Shown here piece after piece: positions 1-8,082 of a stretch of DNA of 64,000 nucleotides. The translations under genes were made by a program, and so were the position numbers. How positions within the stretch are numbered: position 1 is the first letter of the stretch; the number at the start of each line of letters is the position of its first letter. The notes below the pieces were generated by a model. That model made no database searches, was not told the DNA's origin, and saw only the letters and a list, made by a program, of their open reading frames with translations. Where the stretch lies: NCBI GenBank assembly GCA_031367995.1, contig JANLQS010000132.1, forward strand, positions 1,860 through 65,859. The letters are read 5' to 3'. The DNA comes from Sphingomonas sp. (GTDB taxonomy: Bacteria; Pseudomonadota; Alphaproteobacteria; Sphingomonadales; Sphingomonadaceae).

Positions 1-272
1 TCGAGCGGCAGCACGTCGCGCTCGCCATCGCCGACGCGCAGAACGATGGCGTGGCGGCACAGGTCGAGCGTCAACGTGAAGCCGAGCCCGGCGGCGGCGA
101 TCGGCTCGATCGCCAGTCCCTCGGCGACCGGATGCAAGGTCGCGTGCCAGCCGTGATTGGCCCACGGCGCATGGGCAATCCGCAGCTTGCCGAGCATTTG
201 CGATGCGAGGTGGAGCAGGGCGAAGGTCGGCTGGTCCCGCGCCGCATCGAATGCGGGCCATTTATCAGCCAT
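1..272 (-). CDS. DUF5996-family protein, 5' part (runs off window start)
   Basis: Minus-strand ATG at 272 preceded by AGGAGG. Translation MADKWPAFDAARDQPTFALLHLASQMLGKLRIAHAPWANHGWHATL resembles the DUF5996 N-terminus (W..LHL..Q..GK.R...PW.NH.WH.TL). Not in the ORF track because it has no stop in the window. Confidence 0.7.
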   Translation of the reverse strand, partial: MADKWPAFDAARDQPTFALLHLASQMLGKLRIAHAPWANHGWHATLHPVAEGLAIEPIAAAGLGFTLTLDLCRHAIVLRVGDGERDVLPL

Positions 273-333
273 GTCGCACCTCCTCTGCTCAGGCTTTGCA
301 TAAATACGCCCGGCCTGCTTTAGGCGTTTTGCC

Positions 334-1407
334 ATGTCCGACGATCCGCGCAAACTTCCGGCGATTGCCGAGATAGAAAAAGCACCGACACTCGAAGTGC
401 TGGAAGGGCTGCGCGTCGAGACGCTCGGCAAAAGCGGGACCGTGACTATACTGCTCAAATCGCTTGGTTCGATGACCGAGGAAGAGCGTAAGGCACAGGG
501 TCCCATTATCCACGCCATTCGCACGGCAGTTGTCGACGCCATTGCCGCGCGCAAGGCGGCGCTCGAGGGCGCCGAACTCGACCGGCGGCTGGCGACCGAG
601 CGGGTCGACCTGTCGCTGCCGGCGCGCGACACGCCGAGGGGCTCGGTCCACCCGGTCAGCCAGGTGATGGACGAATTGTCGGAGATTTTCGCCGACCTCG
701 GCTTTGCCGTCGCCGAAGGGCCGGAGATCGAGGACGACTGGCACAATTTCACCGCGCTCAACATTCCCGAGACCCACCCGGCGCGGGCGATGCACGATAC
801 TTTCTATCTGGAAGCAGCCGACGGCGCCGAGCCGATGGTGCTGCGCACCCACACCTCGCCGGTCCAGATCCGGACGATGATGAACCAGGCGCCGCCGATC
901 CGGATCATCGCGCCGGGGCGGACCTATCGTTCGGACAGCGACGCCACCCACACGCCGATGTTCCATCAACTCGAAGGCCTGGTGATCGACCGGGGCATCC
1001 ACATGGGTCACCTCAAGTGGACGCTGTTGACCTTCCTCAAGGCATTCTTCGAGCGCGACGACGTCGCCATTCGCATGTTCCCCAGTTATTTCCCGTTTAC
1101 CGAGCCGTCGGCCGACGTGCAGGTCGGCTGGACGTTCGAAAACGGGCGGCGAATTGTCGGCGGGTCGGACAATTGGATGGAGGTGCTGGGCGCGGGCATG
1201 GTCCACCCGCGCGTCATCGCCAATTGCGGGCTCGACCCCAAGGAGTGGCAGGGCTTCGCCTTCGGCTGCGGCATCGATCGGCTGGCGATGCTCAAATATG
1301 GCATGAACGATTTGCGCGCCTTCTTCGACGGCGACCTGCGCTGGATGCGCCATTACGGCTTCTCGTTCCTCGACGTGCCGACGCTTAGCGGGGGAGTGGG
1401 GGCATGA
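334..1407 (+). CDS. pheS: Phenylalanine--tRNA ligase alpha subunit
   Basis: Motifs [53 protein letters not shown]. Confidence 0.98.
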   Translation: MSDDPRKLPAIAEIEKAPTLEVLEGLRVETLGKSGTVTILLKSLGSMTEEERKAQGPIIHAIRTAVVDAIAARKAALEGAELDRRLATERVDLSLPARDTPRGSVHPVSQVMDELSEIFADLGFAVAEGPEIEDDWHNFTALNIPETHPARAMHDTFYLEAADGAEPMVLRTHTSPVQIRTMMNQAPPIRIIAPGRTYRSDSDATHTPMFHQLEGLVIDRGIHMGHLKWTLLTFLKAFFERDDVAIRMFPSYFPFTEPSADVQVGWTFENGRRIVGGSDNWMEVLGAGMVHPRVIANCGLDPKEWQGFAFGCGIDRLAMLKYGMNDLRAFFDGDLRWMRHYGFSFLDVPTLSGGVGA

Positions 1408-3755
1408 AGTTCTCCCTCTCCTGGTTGAAATCGCACCTCGACACCGAGGCTGACGCGGCGACGATCGCCGAGACACTGACCGGCATCGGTCTGGAGGTCG
1501 AAGGGGTCGACAATCCGGCCGAGGCGCTGCGCCCGTTCAAGGTGGCGCGCGTGCTGACCGCAGAGCGTCACCCCCAGGCCGACAAATTGCAGGTGCTGAG
1601 CGTTGACACCGGCGACGGCCAGCCGCTGCAGGTGGTATGCGGCGCGCCCAATGCGCGGGCCGGGATGATCGGGGTGTTCGGCGGGCCGGGGACCTATGTC
1701 CCGGGCAGCGCCATGACGTTGAAGCAGGCGTCGATCCGCGGAGTCGAATCGAACGGCATGATGTGCTCGTCGCGCGAGCTTGAGCTGGGCGACGACCATG
1801 ACGGCATCATCGAGCTTCCCGCCGACGCGCCGGTCGGCGCCAGCTTCGCCGACGTTGCCGGGCTGGACGATCCGGTGTTCGACGTCGCCGTCACCGCCAA
1901 CCGCGGCGATTGCATGGGGGTGTATGGCATTGCCCGCGACCTCGCCGCCGCCGGCCTCGGCACGCTCAAGCCGCTCGAGGTCCCGGCGATCGAGGGGACG
2001 TTCGACAACCCCGTCGAGATCCGCATCGACGATCCCGACGGCTGCCCGGCGTTCTTCGGCAGGACTGTGCGCCGGTTTCAAAACAAGACCTCGCCCGAGT
2101 GGATGCAGCGGCGGCTGAAGGCGGCGGGACAGCGGCCGATTTCGGCGCTGGTCGATATCACCAACTATGTCATGCTCGACCTCGGCCGGCCCGCCCATGC
2201 CTACGATCTGGCATCGCTCAGCGGGGCTCTCGTGGCCCGCAAGGCCAGGCAGGGCGAGACGGTCGTTGCGCTCAACGAAAAGGCCTACACGCTCAGCCCC
2301 GACATGACCGTCATCGCCGACGACAACAACGCGCATGACATCGGCGGGATCATGGGCGGCGAGCATTCGGGGGTCGCCGACACCACTACCGACACCTTGC
2401 TCGAAGTCGCCTACTTCACGCCCGAGCGGATCGCCCTGACCGGACAGAAACTGGCGTTGACGAGCGACGCCCGCAGCCGCTTCGAGCGCGGCGTCGACCC
2501 GGCCTTCCTCGACGACGGGCTGGCCATCCTGACCGGGCTGATCCTCGACATTTGCGGGGGCGAAGCGAGCCGCGTGACCCGCGTAGGAAACCCGCCGATC
2601 GAGGAGAAAAGCATCGGGTTCGACCCGGCCCTGACGCTCGCGCTGGGCGGGATCGACGTGCCCGCCGCCGAGCAGCGCGCGATCCTCGAGCGGCTCGGCT
2701 TTCGCGTCGAGGGCGCCGTGGCGATCCCGCCGAGCTGGCGCCGCGACATCGACGGGCCGGCCGACCTGGTCGAGGAAGTCGCGCGCATCGCCGGTTATGA
2801 CAATATCCCGTCGATCGCATTGCCGCGCTCCGAGGGTGTCGCCCGCCCGACCGCGACGCGCAGCCAGACGGTCGAGCGGCGCATCCGCCGGGCGGCCGCC
2901 GCGCGCGGTCTTGACGAGGCGATCACGTGGAGCTTCATCGGCCAGGCGGAAGCGGCGCTGTTCGGCGGCGCGGCGCACATCGTCGCCAACCCGATCAGCG
3001 AGGACATGAAGCATATGCGCCCGTCGCTGCTGCCCGGCCTGGCCGCCGCCGCGCGCCGCAATACCGATCGCGGCGCCACCGCCATCCGGCTATTCGAAGT
3101 CGGCCGCCGCTACCTCGCCGAGGGCGAACGCGCGACGGTCGGATTGCTATTGTCGGGCGACCGCACCCCGCGCGGTTGGCAATCGGGCAAGGCCCAGACA
3201 TATGACGCGTTCGACGCCAAGGCCGAGGCGCTGGCACTGCTCGAAGCCGCCGGCGCGCCGGTCGCCAACCTGCAGCTGACGATGGGCGCGGGCGACAGCT
3301 GGCACCCCGGCCGGTCGGCGACGCTCGGGCTGGGCAAGGCGGTGCTCGCGGCGTTCGGCGAATTGCATCCGCGCATCGCCAAGGCGCTCGACCTGCCCTT
3401 CGGCACAGTCGCCGCCGAGCTCTACCTCGACGTAATCCCGGCACCGCGGGCGTCGGGCCGGACGCGGCCCGCCTTTTCGCCCCCGGCGCTGCACCCCGTC
3501 AGCCGCGACTTCGCCTTTATCGTACCGGAGGGCGTCACCGGGGACGCCTTGGTCCGTGCCATCCGCGGCGCCGATAAAGCGGTCATTGCCGACGCCCGCC
3601 TGTTCGACCGTTACGAGGGCGAGGCGGGGCTGAGCCTGGCGGTCGAGGTCATCCTCCAGCCGGGCGACAAGAGCTTTACCGATGCCCAGATCGGCGAGGT
3701 ATCGGCAAGGATCGTCGCCGCCGCCGCCAAGCTGGGCGCGACCTTGCGGACCTAG
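1404..3755 (+). CDS. pheT: Phenylalanine--tRNA ligase beta subunit
   Basis: MKFSLSWLK start, [39 protein letters not shown]. 4-nt overlap with pheS. Confidence 0.98.
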   Translation: MKFSLSWLKSHLDTEADAATIAETLTGIGLEVEGVDNPAEALRPFKVARVLTAERHPQADKLQVLSVDTGDGQPLQVVCGAPNARAGMIGVFGGPGTYVPGSAMTLKQASIRGVESNGMMCSSRELELGDDHDGIIELPADAPVGASFADVAGLDDPVFDVAVTANRGDCMGVYGIARDLAAAGLGTLKPLEVPAIEGTFDNPVEIRIDDPDGCPAFFGRTVRRFQNKTSPEWMQRRLKAAGQRPISALVDITNYVMLDLGRPAHAYDLASLSGALVARKARQGETVVALNEKAYTLSPDMTVIADDNNAHDIGGIMGGEHSGVADTTTDTLLEVAYFTPERIALTGQKLALTSDARSRFERGVDPAFLDDGLAILTGLILDICGGEASRVTRVGNPPIEEKSIGFDPALTLALGGIDVPAAEQRAILERLGFRVEGAVAIPPSWRRDIDGPADLVEEVARIAGYDNIPSIALPRSEGVARPTATRSQTVERRIRRAAAARGLDEAITWSFIGQAEAALFGGAAHIVANPISEDMKHMRPSLLPGLAAAARRNTDRGATAIRLFEVGRRYLAEGERATVGLLLSGDRTPRGWQSGKAQTYDAFDAKAEALALLEAAGAPVANLQLTMGAGDSWHPGRSATLGLGKAVLAAFGELHPRIAKALDLPFGTVAAELYLDVIPAPRASGRTRPAFSPPALHPVSRDFAFIVPEGVTGDALVRAIRGADKAVIADARLFDRYEGEAGLSLAVEVILQPGDKSFTDAQIGEVSARIVAAAAKLGATLRT

Positions 3756-3788
3756 ACCCCGGCTCGCGTGCCGGGGTGACGCTTTGCG

Positions 3789-4472
3789 TCAGTTGAGGGC
3801 GTTGATGGCGGCGTGGACGCGGCGCTCGATCTCGTCGCGCTTCAAGCCGGGCGGAATGATCTCACCGACCTTGAAATGAATCGTCCCCGATTGCTTGACG
3901 AAACTGCGCGGCCACAGCCGGGCGCTGTCGAGCGCGATCGGCACCACCGGCAGCCCGAGGGCGCGGTAGAGGCCGGCGAACCCGGCCCGCAGCGGCGGCG
4001 ATTCGCCGAGCGGCACGCGCGTGCCTTCGGGAAAGATCAGCACCGGACGGCCCAGCGCCGCCGCCGCTTTGGCCGAGACCATCATCTCGCGCAGCGCCGC
4101 GGCGCCGGCATCGCGGTCGACCCCGATCACGCCATAGGTCCGCGCCGCCTTGCCCCACAACGGCATGTGGCTGAGTTCGCGTTTCATCACCACCACCGGC
4201 GTGCGGGCGAAGCGCAATGTGTCGACCGCCTCGACCATCGCCTGATGCTTGACCGCGATCAGATAGGGTCCCGGCGGAATTTCCCCGTCCCAAGCGAAGC
4301 GGATGCCAAGGATGTGCTGGACCAGCCAATAGTGGAACAGCGCCCAGCCGTGAACGAAGCGCTGCACCGCCCGCGTACCGAACGGAATGGCGGCGAGGAT
4401 CGCCAGCACGTAAAGCAAGGTGCCGGGAAAGAAGATCAGCGCGAACAGCGCCGAGCGCAGCGCCGCGATCAT
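3789..4472 (-). CDS. Lysophospholipid / 1-acyl-sn-glycerol-3-phosphate acyltransferase (PlsC family)
   Basis: KHQ(A)xxE and FPEGTR acyltransferase motifs. Last gene of the ftsE-ftsX-ydcF-plsC operon. Confidence 0.9.
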   Translation of the reverse strand: MIAALRSALFALIFFPGTLLYVLAILAAIPFGTRAVQRFVHGWALFHYWLVQHILGIRFAWDGEIPPGPYLIAVKHQAMVEAVDTLRFARTPVVVMKRELSHMPLWGKAARTYGVIGVDRDAGAAALREMMVSAKAAAALGRPVLIFPEGTRVPLGESPPLRAGFAGLYRALGLPVVPIALDSARLWPRSFVKQSGTIHFKVGEIIPPGLKRDEIERRVHAAINALN

Positions 4473-5005
4473 AGATCGAGTCCGACGCTGAGGCGGCGCA
4501 GGACATATTTGTTATATTCGCCGAACAGCGTCATCAGCCCCGGTTCGGTGCGCACCGCGTCGGGGACGATGCGGTAGGCTTTGCCCAGCGTGCGGCCGAA
4601 TTCATATTGCGCGCGGCGCATGTGCCAATCGCTGGTCACCAGCCGCAATGAGGTGAAATGGCGCCGGTCGAGCCACCGTTTGGCTTCCTCCGCGTTCGAG
4701 CGCGTATCGACCGATTCCGATCCCAGATCAACGCAACAGGCGAACAGCCGGCGTTGCCCGCCGATCCGGCGGACGAGATCGTCCTTGGTCACCGACGGAT
4801 CGGCGCCGGCGATCAGCATCCGCCGGCCCTCGCCCGCCGCCAGCAGCCGGACGCCCCGCTCGATCCGCCCGCTGCCGCCGGTAATGACGACGATCGCCTG
4901 CGCTGGCGGCGCCGCGGCCGCGGCCGGCTGACCCAATGTCACCGCGAACAGGGCAAAGCCGAGCAGGTAAAGGATGAGGATGAAGGCGGCGAAACGGGCG
5001 ATCAT
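4469..5005 (-). CDS. YdcF/DUF218 family protein
   Basis: IVVITGG, DTRSNAEE, LVTSDWHMRRA, EYNKY motifs. ATG at 5005 overlaps the ftsX stop. Confidence 0.88.
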   Translation of the reverse strand: MIARFAAFILILYLLGFALFAVTLGQPAAAAAPPAQAIVVITGGSGRIERGVRLLAAGEGRRMLIAGADPSVTKDDLVRRIGGQRRLFACCVDLGSESVDTRSNAEEAKRWLDRRHFTSLRLVTSDWHMRRAQYEFGRTLGKAYRIVPDAVRTEPGLMTLFGEYNKYVLRRLSVGLDL

Positions 5006-5880
5006 AATTCGGCGCGCAATGCCCGAAGCACCGTCCACCGCGCAACCAATGTCGCGAGCAATGTCGCGGCGAACGGCAGCAAGCCTAGCAGCACGAGGTC
5101 GCCGGCACCAAGCAGCCGCCCGCCGGACCATTCACCGGCGCCCGACAGGCCGCCGGCCGCGACCAGCAGCAGGGCGATCCCGGCGAGCACAGCGCCGGCT
5201 ACACCCCCGGCCAGGGCATCGACCGCGATCTTGCGCTGGAACAGCCAGGCGACCTGCTCGTCGGTCGCGCCGATGCCGTGCATCACCTCGATCGTCACGC
5301 GCTGCGCCTCCAATGCGCTGCGCGTCGCCAGCACCACCGCCGCGGCGGTCGCCGCCGCGACCAATGCGACCAGTGCCGCGGTCAGCCAGGCAAGCGCGTC
5401 GAGCGCGCCGAGCACCGGCCCGAGGCGCGCCGTGTTGCTGACCAATTGAGCGCGCGGCACCGCCTGTTTGACCGCCGCGGCGACCGCGTCGGGGTTGGCG
5501 CCGGGGGCCAGCTCGACGTCGATCAGCACCGGCAGCGGCAGCGCCGCTTGCGGATCGCGCGCGACCGCCCCGAGCCATCGTTCGAGCGTCGCGCGCAACT
5601 CGGCCTCGGGCACCGGGATGGCCGAGACCACGCCCGGCGCGCCCGTGAGCGCGGCCAGCGCGGCCGGCGCTTCGGCGCGGCCGTCGGCGATCTGCACCAT
5701 GTGGCGGTGGGCGACGCCGTCGCGCACGACCCGCGCGCTGCCGGCCAGCGCGAGGCCCGCCGCGGCGACGCTGATCATGACGAACATCATGATCGCGATC
5801 AGCCACGGGGTCGGTCCGGACAGGCGCCCGCCGCCGAGCAGGCGCCGTTCGGGCGGAGTGCCGAGAAGCCGGTCGATCAT
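5002..5880 (-). CDS. ftsX: Cell division permease FtsX
   Basis: Four hydrophobic segments, LPLPVLIDV and IEVMHGIGATD motifs. Directly downstream of ftsE. Confidence 0.9.
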   Translation of the reverse strand: MIDRLLGTPPERRLLGGGRLSGPTPWLIAIMMFVMISVAAAGLALAGSARVVRDGVAHRHMVQIADGRAEAPAALAALTGAPGVVSAIPVPEAELRATLERWLGAVARDPQAALPLPVLIDVELAPGANPDAVAAAVKQAVPRAQLVSNTARLGPVLGALDALAWLTAALVALVAAATAAAVVLATRSALEAQRVTIEVMHGIGATDEQVAWLFQRKIAVDALAGGVAGAVLAGIALLLVAAGGLSGAGEWSGGRLLGAGDLVLLGLLPFAATLLATLVARWTVLRALRAEL

Positions 5881-6599
5881 GGCCTGGCCTGCCCCGCGCC
5901 GGCCGGCTGCGGCGGATTTTTGAGCGAACCGGTGGGGTCGATCAGATTGCCATTTTCGAGCCGGATCAGCTGCGCCCCCGGGGTGGCGGTGATCACGCCG
6001 AGGTCGTGGGTGGCGACGATGACTGTCGTGCCCAGCCGGTTGAGCGCGGTCAGCAGGTGGAGAATGCGCTCGGCCATCGCCGCGTCGACGTTGCCGGTCG
6101 GTTCGTCGGCGACCAGCAGTTCGGGCCGGGCGATGACCGCGCGGGCGATTGCCACGCGCTGTTGCTCGCCGCCCGACAAGGTCGGCGGGCGGGCGCTGGC
6201 GCGGTCGGCGAGGCCGACCCAGGCCAGCATCTCGCGCACCGGTCCCTCGACCTCCTCCTCGCTGGCCCCGGCAACGCGCAACGGCAGCGCGACATTGTCG
6301 AACGCCGACAAATGCCGAAGCAGGCGGAAGTCCTGGAACACCACGCCGATGCGACGGCGAAACGGCGGCAAGGCGGCGCGCGGCGCCTCGCTCAATTCCT
6401 CGCCGAACAGGCGAATGCGACCACGCGTCGGGCGCTGGGCGAGGTAGAGTAATTTGAGCAGCGAGGTCTTGCCCGCGCCCGAGGCGCCGGTGAGGAAATA
6501 GAAGCCCCCCTCGGACAGGCGGAAGTCGAGGTCGCGCAGGACCTCGGCGCCCGTCCCGTAACGCAAGCCGACCCGGTCGAATTCGACGATCGTGTGCAA
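5877..6599 (-). CDS. ftsE: Cell division ATP-binding protein FtsE
   Basis: Walker A GASGAGKT, VVFQDFRL, LSGGEQQRVAIARA, ADEPTGNVD. TTG start at 6599 after GAGGGA is inferred. Confidence 0.93.
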   Translation of the reverse strand: MHTIVEFDRVGLRYGTGAEVLRDLDFRLSEGGFYFLTGASGAGKTSLLKLLYLAQRPTRGRIRLFGEELSEAPRAALPPFRRRIGVVFQDFRLLRHLSAFDNVALPLRVAGASEEEVEGPVREMLAWVGLADRASARPPTLSGGEQQRVAIARAVIARPELLVADEPTGNVDAAMAERILHLLTALNRLGTTVIVATHDLGVITATPGAQLIRLENGNLIDPTGSLKNPPQPAGAGQARP

Positions 6600-6714
6600 G
6601 CCCGCCGCTCCCTCGTCCAACCTGCCCCCGTGTCGCACAGCGCGCGCCGCCTTGCCAAGCCGGACGCGTTGCTGTTTATCCAACACTTCCTGCCCGTGCG
6701 AGGTTTGCCGACCG

Positions 6715-7521
6715 ATGATCCTCACCTGCCCCGCGTGCGACACCAAATATGTGGTCAAGGACGGAGCCATCCCGCCGGGCGGACGGCAGGTGCGCTGCGC
6801 GGCCTGCAAGCATCGCTGGCACGAAAACCCGCCCGAAGGCGAGGATGACGTCATGACGTCGGCGGCCACGGAGGGAGCGGCGACCGAAACGGTGGGCGAC
6901 AGCAGCTTCGACGAACCCGTCGGCGGACCGCCGGTAGCCGATCCCGACGACCCCGCCGAGGAAGGCCTGGGCGACGTCCCGGCGATAGCGCGCGACGAAG
7001 CGATGGTGTCCGACTATGCCGAGCCGGTTGTAACGGCGGAGAGCGCCGCCGAACCCGCCTATGACGAGGATTTCGGCATTCCCGACTTCGACGAGGAGGA
7101 GCCGTCCGGGCGCGGGCTGCGCGTGGCACTGATCGTCCTCGCGCTGGTGGCCATCGCCGCCGCCGCTTTCTGGTTCCTCGCGCCGTCCGAGCTCAAGGCC
7201 CGCGTCGGCCTGGCTGGCAACGGCAACACCAAGCTCGAGGTCATGCTGACCAACAGCGACCGCCAGAAGCTGGCCAGCGGTAACGAGCTGCTGGCGATCA
7301 GCGGACGGGTGATCAACCCGACCGACGACGAACAGGTCGTCCCGCCGATCCGCGCGTCGCTGCGCAACAAGGCATCGCGCAAATTGGTCTATCAATGGAC
7401 TATCGCCCCGCCGGCGCGGGTCCTGCCGCCGCGCGGCAGCGCCAGCTTCAACAGTGCCGAAGTCGATATTCCCGAAGGCGGCGACGAGCTGACCGTGACG
7501 CTGGGCGACACGGCCGGCTGA
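6715..7521 (+). CDS. zitP: Zinc-ribbon (MJ0042-type) / TM / DUF3426 protein, ZitP-like
   Basis: MILTCPACDTKY...VRCAACKHRW zinc finger, acidic linker, one TM helix, periplasmic beta domain. Divergent from ftsE. Symbol inferred from domain architecture. Confidence 0.75.
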   Translation: MILTCPACDTKYVVKDGAIPPGGRQVRCAACKHRWHENPPEGEDDVMTSAATEGAATETVGDSSFDEPVGGPPVADPDDPAEEGLGDVPAIARDEAMVSDYAEPVVTAESAAEPAYDEDFGIPDFDEEEPSGRGLRVALIVLALVAIAAAAFWFLAPSELKARVGLAGNGNTKLEVMLTNSDRQKLASGNELLAISGRVINPTDDEQVVPPIRASLRNKASRKLVYQWTIAPPARVLPPRGSASFNSAEVDIPEGGDELTVTLGDTAG

Positions 7522-7740
7522 TCATTCGAATTCGTAGAGGCGAATCGGCGCGCTTTGCCCACCGGGCAGCGCGATTGCGGTATCGCGCGCGATCATGCCC
7601 GGACGCGGCGCCGGCAGCCCGGCGCCGACCAGCGCCGGCGTCAGGATGCGGACGGTGGCCTGGCCCCCGGCCGGGGCATGCGCGGCGGGGCCGGCGGGCA
7701 AGGCCGCGATGGCCATGAGGATGAGGAAAGCGCTGCCCAT
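7522..7740 (-). CDS. Small secreted hypothetical protein (72 aa) with pilin-like N-terminal strand
   Basis: MGSAFLILMAIAALPAG signal-like start, QATVRILTP segment, C-terminal LYEFE. Fills the gap between zitP and the tRNA. Confidence 0.65.
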   Translation of the reverse strand: MGSAFLILMAIAALPAGPAAHAPAGGQATVRILTPALVGAGLPAPRPGMIARDTAIALPGGQSAPIRLYEFE

Positions 7741-7769
7741 CCGGCCAGCTAGGACGGCCGCCACAACAA

Positions 7770-7788
7770 GGTAAATAGGGCATTTACC
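7770..7788. promoter_or_regulatory. Palindromic GGTWA-N9-TWACC (CtrA-like) box
   Basis: GGTAAATAGGGCATTTACC, perfect 7-bp inverted repeat about 30 nt upstream of the small gene. Confidence 0.55.
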
Positions 7789-7901
7789 AATGTCCCGATG
7801 AAGGACAGGTTTCGCCCGTTGCGCGGGCTCGGCCGCTTTGCTAGAGGCCGCGCCTCACCAGGGCCGCTGACGCTTGTCGTCGGCGGCGGTTTTTCACGAA
7901 T

Positions 7902-7988
7902 GCGGTCGTGGCGGAACTGGTAGACGCGCAGCGTTGAGGTCGCTGTGGCCGAAAGGCCGTGGAAGTTCGAGTCTTCTCGACCGCACCA
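7902..7988 (+). tRNA. tRNA-Leu (anticodon GAG)
   Basis: GCGGTCG/CGACCGC acceptor stem, GGTAGAC D-loop, CAGCG-TTGAGGT-CGCTG anticodon arm, long variable arm, GTTCGAGT T-loop, 3' CCA. Confidence 0.97.
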
Positions 7989-7996
7989 GAGCAACA

Positions 7997-8032
7997 AGCC
8001 CTCTATTGCGACGCAATCGCAGATAGAGGGCT
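7997..8032. terminator. Hairpin between tRNA-Leu and the convergent usher gene (probable terminator)
   Basis: AGCCCTCTAT-TGCGA...TCGCA-G-ATAGAGGGCT stem, short T-rich tail on the minus strand. Confidence 0.6.
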
Positions 8033-8082
8033 GCGGCAGCATTCTTTCGCGCGCCGGTGGAGTCCTCTCAGACGACTTTTGG

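Noticed and set aside
289-3014. Long antisense ORFs (289..1476, 1353..3014, and similarly 7945..9825, 14299..16500, 26223..27623, 30305..32131)
   Set aside because: Shadow ORFs opposite well-supported genes, expected in high-GC DNA, with no recognisable domains.
5877-6869. N-terminally extended FtsE (330 aa), and similar extensions of rho, ribA, msrB and the SOUL gene in the ORF track
   Set aside because: The extensions overlap neighbouring genes and lack family similarity. Downstream starts with an RBS or stop-codon coupling fit better.
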